This document shows positions 36,181-47,520 of a stretch of 64,000 nucleotides of DNA, in pieces; the stretch's first letter is position 1, and the number at the start of each line of letters is the position of its first letter. Under the pieces are notes generated by a model. That model did no database searches. It was not told the DNA's origin and saw only the letters and a list, made by a program, of their open reading frames with translations. This stretch comes from Cenococcum geophilum (taxonomy: Eukaryota). The position numbers were made by a program, and so were the translations under genes. The stretch spans positions 18,848,001 to 18,912,000 of the forward strand of contig CP158635.1 in assembly GCA_050273025.1 (NCBI GenBank), written 5' to 3'.

Positions 36181-38514
36181 TGTGGTAGTGTAGATTAGAC
36201 GTCGCCTACTGTTTTAGCATTTTCCTATATTTATAGAGCCTTCGGCTTTCTTCCTCTTCCCTCTAATATATATTTCACAACCTTACCAGTTACCGGAAAT
36301 ACACTCTTTTCTTTCTTTCTTACTAACTGTTCTACTGACTAATTACGACTAACCAACTAACCAATAGACAGATAGACAGATAAATAGTACTGTGGCTTTC
36401 CTATCTAAGAGTGGTCGTACCCTCCCACAATAGTATTATCTAAAATAGACTAGGTTATAACGCTATAAGGGAAGTTAAAGAAATTAAAAATATAAATAAG
36501 ATCCTTACTAAGCTAAAAAAACGTTTTTGTCTAATAGGAAGTGCAGTTTACTAATACCGAAAAAGATATTACTAGGAAGTTACTTTAAATACCTATAAAG
36601 GGGTAATAAACTATACGGAAAAGCTATAAAAAGCACAAATAGAGATTATAGAGCTTAACCTAACTATATAATTAGTAAAATCTCCCTAGTTAGTAAATTT
36701 CTAACGGGACTTAGCCTAGACTATAATATATTCCTAACCTCCTTCTACTAAAAATACTCCATTTTACTAGAATGAAATAAAAAGAATAAGATTATAAAAG
36801 TAGCTATTATATTTAATAAAGCTATATAAGCGGCAGAAAGGGAAAAATAGAATATAAAAGGACGGGAAGATAATAAAACTGCCCTACTAGTAATCTTCTA
36901 AAATACTTAAAGATAAAGGGTGGCGAGTACTGCTATAAGCTTTATTATATAAAGGATAAGTATTTGAAATTATATCTAGACCTTAGAAGAAAATACTATA
37001 AGGAAAAGTATAGGGAAAGGAGAAGAAAATAGAGTAACTTCTATAGTAAGAAAAACAAGAAACCTAAAGGCAGAAATAATAAACCTATAAAAGAAAACAA
37101 AATCTAACCAATAGTAGGACTAAGCTACTCTATATTAGATAGCATAGAAGCTATTTACCTTATAGTAGCTGTCGGGAATAAGGCAAGCGGTCGTCACGTA
37201 ACACCGCGGCACTAGCGTGGCGAGGAGTCTTAAGCTCCTCGCCCTTCCTTATTTTAATCAAATAAGCTTTATTAACCAACATTACTATAACCTACTCAAG
37301 TAGTCGTTATTAGTGAGTCACCCTATGTAACTAATACTGATTAGTGGTTAAATATATAGTTAACTATAGAGTAGCTAGGTTTTTAAATAGAAGAGACAGT
37401 CTTATATAAGGGTGCTATATGCGCTTATATGGAATAGATTCCGGCAATACTATGCTACCTTAAACTTACGGAAAACTAGTAATAGAAGTATTACTAAGTA
37501 CTAGGAGATACTAAGTTGCGTCTATTATATAGAACAACCGCGTTTACAAAGATTTAGTTAAGCACTTTAGGTTAGAAATGTTACTAAACCTAGGGTCCTA
37601 AGTTAACGTCTAAAACGCGTTAAAAATAACTACCTTAATACCCTCCGTGTACCTTTGTAGACCATAAAATCATAATTACTACCCAATTACACGTCAAACA
37701 ACCCTTATTTTCCTTAATCTTTTTATTAAAACGCGTTAAATAACTACCTTAATACCCTCCGTGTACCTTCGCAGATTCTATTATAGCGTTAACCTATCTA
37801 AAAAAGTACGAGAAGGATATTAACCCGGAAATGTGGAATATTAATATAATTGACTTTATAAACGCTAAGTAATAAGACTTAAACGGATTCTTGTTATACC
37901 GTATAGTATACTATAAAGACAGCGAATACAATAACACTATACTATAGTACTGTATAAGGGAGGATTTTATTAGATAGATAAAGGGAACACAGACTTTTAT
38001 AAAGAAGGATATTATATAAGACTTCCGTAACTTCTTACGGGAGTATAAAGTATTTATACCTATAGATAGGGGTACTATTAAAGACAATATTTAGGAGTAG
38101 GTTATTAACGTAAAAGAAGAGCACGAATAAACTTAATAAGAGGTTAAGCACTAACTACGCACTATAAGGAAGCTTAACTCACGATAAAATCTAAGTAATA
38201 TACCTTTAGAGACGAATCTACCTTTACCTTTAACTCCTCTGTATCCAATCTAACCCGTAACTTTAATTTTAGATACTATACCCTAATAAGAGCAGGTATA
38301 GGATTCTATTACTTCGCAATTTAATAACCTTTAGACTCTACTAACTTAACCTAAGTCTCTACTATAGCCTATAATATAACTTCTACCTCCTTTATCTTAA
38401 TCTTAAATCGGAGGTAGTTTAAAATTGCTTATAGAGCTTATAAAGCTCTATTTGGATTAGGAGAACAAGTTTAGCAGGGAATTATATAATATTCTTAATT
38501 CGAAATTGCGTATC

Positions 38515-38707
38515 TGTGACGGCTCGAACCATCGAACAAATGTCTCAACAGAGACTTAAACGAATGCTTGCAAGATCAAGCGAACGAATGCTGTATTACG
38601 AAGATATTAAGCTAAGGAGCAAGAGAAGGTGGTGAGGCCACGTCTATATACATATGCCAAGTCTTAAGCGAACCCCTGACTAGGTGACGCGCTCCAGCGC
38701 CGTTATA
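38515..38707. mobile_element. Solo LTR, 193 bp
   Basis: TGTGACGGC...GCCGTTATA inverted termini with TSD GTATC on both sides. Confidence 0.88.
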
Positions 38708-38952
38708 GTATCTTCTATAACTATTACTAGAAGGTAGGAATAGAGTCTAATTAATACTACAACGCCTATTCCGTTATGCTTAAGGGCTAAGCTAGTACCT
38801 TCTATTATAATTATTTAGCAGGAAAAGGATATAATTTTGACCGTATAATATATAAGTTAAGATACTACTTTAAAACAGAAGAGAATAAGTAGTAGTATAT
38901 ATTAAAATAGAGAAAGACTACTTTTTTAAGGATTATTACTATAAACCTAGGT

Positions 38953-39037
38953 AGCCGTCGAAATCGGACTCTGCACCTGTACGTAGTGACGGCTACGAAC
39001 CTGGTCTTTGAAGTTTAGATCCAGAGCCAACGCAGAG
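38953..39037 (+). ncRNA. HDV-like self-cleaving ribozyme at the element 5' end (RIP-damaged copy)
   Basis: P1 (A/G)GCCGTC:GACGGCT, P2 CTCTGC:GCAGAG, P3 ACC:AGT (one G>A), L3 TGTACGT, P4 stem, J4/2 G-C-C-A-A; 85 nt. Confidence 0.8.
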
Positions 39038-39968
39038 ACGTCGCATAGCGTGCGGACAGGACCTGGTGGTGGTCGTAGGCGTTAAGGGCGGTGGTAAAAA
39101 ATTTTCGGATAGTGAGATCTTGAAAACCACTACTGTTGGCTCTCTACAATACGACGATTACTACGCTATTCTCCTATCTAGGGCACCTGTACGATCCAAC
39201 ATGGATATACAGTTTTCGATAATATCCCCTATCCCCCAGTAGAAAGCATTAACGACCTTATATTAATGAATAAATAAACGTAAATAAATAAACGAACGAG
39301 CAAATATACGGCCCCTCCTAACCCCTAGGGCGATCGCCCGTGGAGCATACGGTTACTCGCTATACTGCCGTAATACTACTAAAACCAATAGCCGGATAAC
39401 CCCGTACAGTTTTCCTTATCTCCTCTTAACAGAGTAGTGCCCTTAGAGAGGGCCTAGTGACTAGGGCCTAGGTATAAAAGATACCCAGATATATATCTCG
39501 CTTTCGTCTTTTAGTATTAGGATAGTAGAACAGATAAATCCCCCTTACGCCTTTAATAGGCCTTAGGGGGGAGGGAGGTATAGTATATATAGCAATAGTT
39601 AATAAGAGACAGTATATAGGGGGTAGTTAAGATATAGGATATAACTATAAGCATACGGCAATTAATCGGTAAGGCCTAGCTAGGACGTAGTGAACCCTAG
39701 CTTTAAATAAGCTAGAGAAGGAAGTAGTAGTTCCTAAGGAGTTTAAAACATCTAAGGAGGAGGACGTAGCTATAGGCCTATAGGGCCGCTGCTACGTACA
39801 GGCATGGCAATTTGGGTTTTTTTATCTTACTAAGGTGGCTTATAGGGTTTTTCCTCCCCCCTAATAGCAAGGGGTTTTTCCTATTAATATTACTTTCCCC
39901 TTATATACGGAGTAGTCTGCGTAGGCCTAGATAGGATCCGTATTAGATATTAATTAAAGAATCTACTA
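38953..39968 (+). mobile_element. ~1-kb non-coding non-LTR retroelement (SINE-like), copy 1
   Basis: Flanked by ~16-bp TSD (T)ACTATAAACCTAGGT; (CTA)n tail; no ORF; homologous to the copy at 56949-63875. Confidence 0.88.
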
Positions 39969-42900
39969 CTACTATAAACCTAGGTATCCCTTGGCTTAAT
40001 TATCTTTAAAAGCTCTTTAATTAACTTTAGATAATTTAGTGTGGTTTATCCAAATTATATTAAGAGGATTTTAGCCTATATAATTAAGTTATTAATATAT
40101 ACTAAGGTGTTAAAGAATATAACCTTACTCTTTTTAATCCTGTAAATACTTATAAAGGTATATATACTTAATTAAGATCTTCTATTAGCATCGCTCTACG
40201 CTTTTAAAAAGTATAGCAATTTAATGCCTAACCCTAACTGTTGGAAACATAGGGCAAATTACCAATACTACTTAAGTAGATACAGTAATGGAAAAGCTTA
40301 TTATTCTAAATAGGGGAGGGTAAGGAATTTAAGGTTCCTTACTATACTAGTGCCGCGACGGTATATGACGGTAAGTTGCCTTATATAATGGTAATATACC
40401 GCACGTAAGGGCAAATTGCCTTATTCCCAACACTAGCAACTCTTCTTTTTGTGGTTGCTATCTATATATAAATAGACAGTATATAATAATACGACCGTAG
40501 GCAGACTATAGTAGAATTTGGTAAGTAATACGCCTTATTTTACTAACCCGGACTTTTACTAACTAATTACGATTTTCTATCCCCGGGATAGAAAATCGCT
40601 ATTAGCTTGCTTACCACTAGCGCCTTAGCAGCCCTTGCCGCATTTTCTACTTCCTCTTAACCTAACCTTTAACTTATATACGTAGAGTATTCGTATTAAC
40701 AAACGTCTCTAGTGCCTTATTTAGGTTTGCCTTTATTATTATATCTACTAGGTTATTTTAGCCATTAATCTATTAAATCTTAAAGAGTTCTTAACGCTCG
40801 TAAGATTGCCGTAGTGCTATAATATTAATTATAAGGCGCTTCTCCTTTGTAGTACTAAGCTTAACTAAATACTTATAAAGGGAATATAAGTTAGTATATA
40901 CAATTATAGGGATAATAGGGAGTTTAAGTCGATCTATAATTATCTTTAAGGTAGTTCTAATTGCAATTACTATATTAACTCTACTAACTATTTTATATAT
41001 CTCTAACGCTAGAACGCTTTAAGTGACGCGTTTACTCTTAGTTAAGCTCTAATAGATAAAATTACCGTAGATTGTAAAGTCACTCTCTCTAGTAGATTCG
41101 TTCGCGATAATAATCTTATATTCTAGCTAGAAGCTAAAATCTTTATTATTTATAAACGATCTATTAACAAATATAAAAAGCTTAGTAGTAGGAAGGTTAA
41201 TAGGTACGTAGAGTAGTCCTTAATTAAGATAGCTCCTTTGCTAGAAAAGACGCTTATTTAGGGCAAGGATGTCCTTCTTAGTTAGTTCTTAGTATTAAGC
41301 GGCAATAGAGAGATTAAAGAAAGCTTTGGGTTAATAGATAGAAGCTATATAAGCTCCGCAAGCGCGTTGCTCCACGTATCCTTACTTTAGAGAATTAATA
41401 TTAATAACGTTAATCTTCTTACCTTAACCTTTCTAGCATAGGGCAATAGAATCCTTATTTAGGGAAATAATACATTTATTAAAGAGTAATAGTGTTATTA
41501 AATTAAGTCTTTCCTTTAGCTTTGCTATAAGATTTACCTTTACTAGCTTATCTTCTTTAAGAGCTAAGAATTAGTTGTCTCTTAAAATAATTATATTATC
41601 TATTTATATGCCAACGATTCTAAATAGAGTTCCTATAGCTGCGATAAGGAAGTAGGGATTAAATATAGAAGTAGTTATTAAAAGCTTCTCATTATAGTGC
41701 TTGCTATAGGTAGCCTACTAATAAGTTCCTACCTCTGTAATTCTATATAGTGGCTTAAGCACAACTATAATTGTATCTTCGGGATATTGGTGGCGAATTT
41801 ACTCTAGAAGGTATACTAGTATTAAGCGCTAAAGGCGTATCTCTAATTAGGTATAGGCCTAGATAATATCTTATAAATAAACCGCTATTTTATTCTTTAT
41901 TAAGAAGGGAGCTAGCGCAATAATAACTCGCTAACTAGCTTATTAAATTATAGGGGATTGCGTAAGAATTACTTCCTTACTATTATTGTTATAACCTTAA
42001 ATAACTAGCCTTAACTTCTTAAATGGGGTATTAGTAGCTTTGCCTTTAATCTTATTAACTATTCTTAACCTAAATATGCGAACCCTATTAAACTTAGTAG
42101 GGTTATACTTTTTAAACTTAAAGACTTCTCTTGCAATAAGACCGTTAATCTCCTACTTATTAGATGCTTGGAAAGGAGCTCCTAAAGTTATAATACAGCC
42201 TTCCTTTTAGAGCTGTTTTGCAAGCTTAAAGTTAGCCTTCTCTTTAGCTATTATAAAGGTCATTAATAGCTTAACTCTATTCTTAATAGCAATAATAAGT
42301 TGCTCTTTAAAATTAATAAGGTATTAGCGGTTTTGTAATCCTTTTGGGCGACCTCTACCGCGTTATAGTTGCGGCGTATCTACTATAGTTATATTAGGGT
42401 TGTAGTTGCCTTTTAGGGCACGTTAATCGTAGTTCTCCTCTAGGGTATTTCTTGGGGTATCTTCTAGGGTATCCTATAAAGGCTTAGAACTATTATCTTT
42501 ATAGTAAGGCTTAATAACAGTTAAATGGAATTAAGTAGGTCTATAGGGCATCTAAAGAATATAAGTCTAACTATTAATTATAATAAGTTTATATAGGCCT
42601 AACTATTCTTCCTTTTTACGCTATACGCGTACCTTAGATTAGAGTAGTAGATTAAGCGTAGTTAAGGTATTTAGGCCATTTCTTATTCCTAGTACGTTGT
42701 TAACCTAGCGCGTAGCGTAGAGATATCGTACCTCCTTTATTACCTTATAAATTGCCTTAGCTCGTTATATAATAGAGGGAAATAGTAGAGAATTATTAGT
42801 TATTTAAGGGTAGGCGCTAAAGACTAGTAGTATAGGTACGAGCCTATCTAGGCTAGCAGTATTGTTAATAGCCTTAATAGCCATCTATAGGATAAGCTCT

Positions 42901-45550
42901 TTTTTAGTACCCTTTAGTTTTAAAGAAATAATCTTATATACGCGGCGTAATGGCGTATAGTATTATTCTACCTTTTTAATACTATTATATGCCTTAACGG
43001 GGACTTCCTTAACCTTAATTATTATTACCTTTACCTATTATTAAAACTCTATAAATAAGAAGTTCTTTTCTACGTTATAAATAATTTAATTAGGGGGTCC
43101 TAGGTAGACATTAATCCAGTATAATTAAAGAGTATCCTATACGTTCCTAGCTAATATATCTTTTAAAAAGCGTGCGGCTTAGAAGAAGGTTAAGAAGTTA
43201 ATAACTTAAAGTATTGGCTTGCCGCTAAGATATATAATATCTATAATAATATAGAAGTTAAAGTTATAGTTATCTTTAAGGGTAAACTTAAATCGGCTAG
43301 GGGACTTCTGGTTTATTTAGCAGTAATAGCAGTACTTTATAAGATGTTTAATCGCCTTAACCTTAACTTTATAACCTACTTATTAAAGAACCCTAAGCAA
43401 TTAGTAAATAGATAGGTGGCTAAAATAATAATATAGTTAACGTAGCTCTAACTTAGTTAAGTAACTTTAAGCAACGCTCCTTTCTAGCTATTAAAGGAGC
43501 AACTAAGGGTAACCCTACTTACGTATAATGGGCACCCGATTATCTCCCTAAATAAGTATATTCTTAAGGTTGCTAAGCTTAACGCCTAATTTATCTATAT
43601 CTTAGATGCAGAATAGAAATAGGGTATTTATGGGAATAATATAGAAAGTAATATATTCTAATAGGGTTTGGACCTTAATTATACTAAAAGAGATTATAGT
43701 ACCCTTGCTAAAGCGAATTATATATTAGCCTGCCGTTAATTAGTTAATCTAAACAAAACTATTAAGCTACTAAAGAGCTTAGACTTAAGGTTCTCCTACT
43801 ATAAATACTCCTATAGCTCTAGTATCTAGTATAATACTATAAAAGACGTTCGCTAAGTATCTATTGTTAAAGAAGAACGCGGAATTTTCCTTTAGCTTAT
43901 TAAAGATATCTAACCTTATAATAGAATGGAGTGTAAATTAGTTATTAAGGACAGCAACGGTTTATATGCTATTTACCTTACTATACTTAGTAAAGTATTA
44001 GTTAGAAGAGTAGTCCTTAATTTCTATATCTATAAGAAGCTGTTTAGCCTCGTTAATCTTACCCTTAAGATCTTCTTCGCCTTTATATTAAACTAGAAAG
44101 CTTTAAAAGTAGGCTATAGTAACTTCTTAGTTTCTAACGTTTTGTGCGCTTTAGCAAAACTTATTATATACCTCCTTTTGTTTATTAAGGGGGTATCTAG
44201 TTAACTAGTAATTTGGCTTCTTATAAATATAGCATTTCTTCTACTAATTGTTGCGAAATGAACCTCTATAAGGACCTCTATAATTGCTTTATAGTTAATA
44301 TTAATTATACCCTCTACCGTATCCCCTACTATAACTACTATATATTTAATTAGTCTAGTTATAATCGTGTTAGTTAGCCAGGTTAATTAAAGTAGGTTAG
44401 AGTTAGGCGTTAAATTACTATACTTCTTAAGAGCGTAGGGCGGTGCTAATAGAGGATCTTAATTAAGTATATACTCCTTTATAAGTACTTATAGGGTTAA
44501 AAAAAGTAAGGTTATATTCTTTAATACCTTAGCATGCGCTAATAACTTAATCGCGTAGGCTAAAGTCCTTTTAATATAATTCGGATAAACTACGCTAAAT
44601 TATCTAGAGTTAATTAAAGAGCTTTTAAAGACAATTGAGTTAAGAGGCACCTGGGTTTATAGCAATAATTCTTAGAAAGGTAGTCTCTCTCTACTCCGAT
44701 ATATACTGCTACTTATTCTCCTTTATTTTAAAGTGACATCTTATTTCATATATTATTTAGTTAAAATTATATCCTTTTCCTACTAAATAATTATAATAGA
44801 AGGTACTAGCTCGGCCCTTAAGTATAACTAAATAAGTAATATAGTATTAATTAGATTCTAGTCTAACCTTTTAGTAATAGTCGTAGAAGATATATAACTT
44901 TAAATTAAGGATATTATACAGTTCTTCGCTAAACTTCTTCTCCTATTCTAAATAGAGCTTTATAAGCTTTATAAGCATTTTTAAGGTGCCTCTAATTAGT
45001 GTTTAGCTATATTATATTATAGGCTGTAATAGTAACATAGATCTAGTTGGCGGAGTTTAAAGGTTATTAAACCGCGAAGTAAAGGGATCTTGCGCTTATT
45101 AGGGGTTATTAATTAAGGCTATAGGTTAAGCTGGTTAATATAGAGGAGTTAAAAATAGAGGTAGAGGCAATAGATATAGAATGTTAGAACTTGTGCCTAG
45201 AGTAATAGAGTTAGAACGCGTCTCTAGTGGTATATTACTTGGGTTCTATCGTAATTTAAGCTTCTTTATAGTACGTAGTTAGTACTTAATCTCTTATAGA
45301 GTCTATTTATGCTCTTCCTTTATATTAATAACGTGTTCCTAAATATTATCCCTAATACTACCCCTATCTATAGGGACAAATACTCTATACTTCTAAAGGA
45401 AGTTACGGAAGTCCTATACAATATCTTTATTTATAGGAACCTATATTTCCTTTATTTATCTAATAAAGTCCTCCTTTATACAATACTTATCGGGAAAATA
45501 TTCGCAGGATGAGATTTAAGTAGACTTTGGTTTTCGCGTTTCGCGTAATT

Positions 45551-45905
45551 GACATGCAATTTAACCAACTCGACACGTAATTAACCAACTTAACACGCAA
45601 TTGACCAACTTAACATGCAATTTAACTAACTTAACACGTAGTTGACCTACTTAATATACAATTTAACTAACTTAATACGCAGTTAACCTACTTAATATGC
45701 AATTTAATTAACTTAACACGCAGTTAACCTACTTAACATGCAATTTAACTAACTTAATACGTAGTTGACCTACTTAATATATAATTTAACTAACTTGATA
45801 TATAGTTAACCTACTTAATATACAATTTAATTAACTTAATACGTAATTGACCTACTTAATATACAATTTAACTAACTTAATATATAGTTAACCTACTTAA
45901 TAACT
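45551..45905. repeat. Tandem array of ~20-21-bp units (TAACACGCAATTGACCAACT-like)
   Basis: Visible periodicity with alternating 20/21-bp variants. Confidence 0.9.
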
Positions 45906-45974
45906 TTAAAAGCTAACTGTATATTTCTTAACGTGCGATTAAGGTAAAGTTATATACTATATATTTAACTATTA

Positions 45975-46066
45975 TATATAATCCTATATAATCTTATATA
46001 ATCTCATATAATCTTATATAATCTCATATAATCTTATATAATCTCATATAATCTTATATAATCTTA
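45975..46066. repeat. 10-bp tandem array ATATAATCT(C/T)
   Basis: Direct reading. Confidence 0.9.
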
Positions 46067-46080
46067 TAGTCTTATTACTT

Positions 46081-46614
46081 GGAGGCTCTGCACGAGGCTC
46101 TATACGAAGCTCTGCGTACAGAGGCTCTGCACGAAGCTCTGCGCATAGAGGCTCTGCACAAAGCTCTGCACGAAGCTTCGCATAAGGCTCTTCACGAGGC
46201 TCTACACGAAGCTCTGCGTACAGAGGCTCTGCACGAAGCTCTGCACGAAGCTCTGCACGAAGCTCTGCACGAAGCTCTGCACGAAGCTCTGCACGAAGCT
46301 CTGCACGAAGCTCTGCACGAAGCTCTGCACGAAGCTCTGCACGAAGCTCTGCACGAAGCTCTGCACGAAGCTCTGCACGAAGCTCTGCACGAAGCTCTGC
46401 ACGAAGCTCTGCACGAAGCTCTGCACGAAGCTCTGCACGAAGCTCTGCACGAAGCTCTGCACGAGGCTCTGCACGAGGCTCTGCGCGAAGCTCTGCGCGA
46501 AGCTCTGCGTACAGAGGCTCTGCACGAGGCTCTGCGAGAAGCTCTGCGTACAGAGGCTCTGCACGAGGCTCTGCGCGAAGCTCTGCGTACAGAGGCTCTA
46601 CACGAAGCTCTGCA
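46081..46614. repeat. 12-bp tandem array ACGAAGCTCTGC
   Basis: Long run of perfect units at about 46230-46460 with variant units on both sides. Confidence 0.97.
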
Positions 46615-46744
46615 TCGGGTCCCCGCTATATTCCCGATAGCCTCTACACGTGCCTCTACCCTATGTAACCACCTTATTTTTTACCCTTCCTTCCTTCTTT
46701 ATATCCTCCCTACCTAGGGAGGCACTAGAACGGCAGCCAGCAGA

Positions 46745-47030
46745 GGACCGTTGCTAGAACTAGACGACCGTCGCCAGAACCAGATGACCGTTACCAGAAC
46801 CAGACGACCATCGCCAGAACCAGACGACTGTCGCCAGAACCAGACGACCGTCGCTAGCCAGACGACCGTTACCAGAACCAGACGACCGTTGCCAGAGCCA
46901 GACGACCGTCGCCAGAACCAGACGACCGTTGCCAGCGCCAGACGACCGTCGCCAGAACCAGACGACCGTTGCCAGAGCCAGACGACCGTCGCCAGAACCA
47001 GACGACCGTCGCCAGAGCCAGACGACAACG
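46745..47030. repeat. 20-bp tandem array GCCAGAACCAGACGACCGTC
   Basis: Direct reading. Confidence 0.93.
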
Positions 47031-47084
47031 ACTAGCCAGCCAACACTATAAACGATTCGATCGATTGATCGAATTAAGGTAGCA

Positions 47085-47520
47085 CAGACAGGTAGGCACA
47101 AACAGGTAGATGCTAATGGGTAGGTAGATGTAAACAGGTAGGCAGATGCAGACAGGTAAGCAGATATAGATAGGCAGGCAGATGCAGATAGGTAAGTAGA
47201 TGCAGATAGGCAAGCAGATGTAGATAGGTAGGTAGATGCTAACGGGTAGGTAGATGTAAATAGGTAGGTAAATATAGACAAGTAGATGTAGACAGGTAGG
47301 CAGATATAGATAGGTAAGTAGATATAGACAGGTAAGTAGATATAGATAGGTAGGTAGATGCTAACAGGTAGGTAAATATAGATAGGTAGATAGATGTAGA
47401 TAGGTAGGCAAATACAGACAGGTAGATGTAGATAGGTAGGCGATGCAGATAGGTAGGTAGATGTAGATAGGTAGGCGATGTAGGTAGGTAGGTAAGTTAA
47501 TAGGTATAGTAAATAGGTAG
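47085..47520. repeat. Degenerate ~18-bp tandem array (AGATGCAGATAGGTAGGC-like)
   Basis: Direct reading; purine-rich plus strand. Confidence 0.85.

Noticed and set aside
38953..39100. tRNA- or 5S-derived SINE head
   Set aside because: No convincing A/B boxes or cloverleaf; the HDV-like fold explains the sequence better.
46079..47281. ORFs with ALHE, QSFV and RRPSPEPDD repeats
   Set aside because: Stop-free frames produced by 12- and 20-bp tandem arrays on both strands inside a non-autonomous element.
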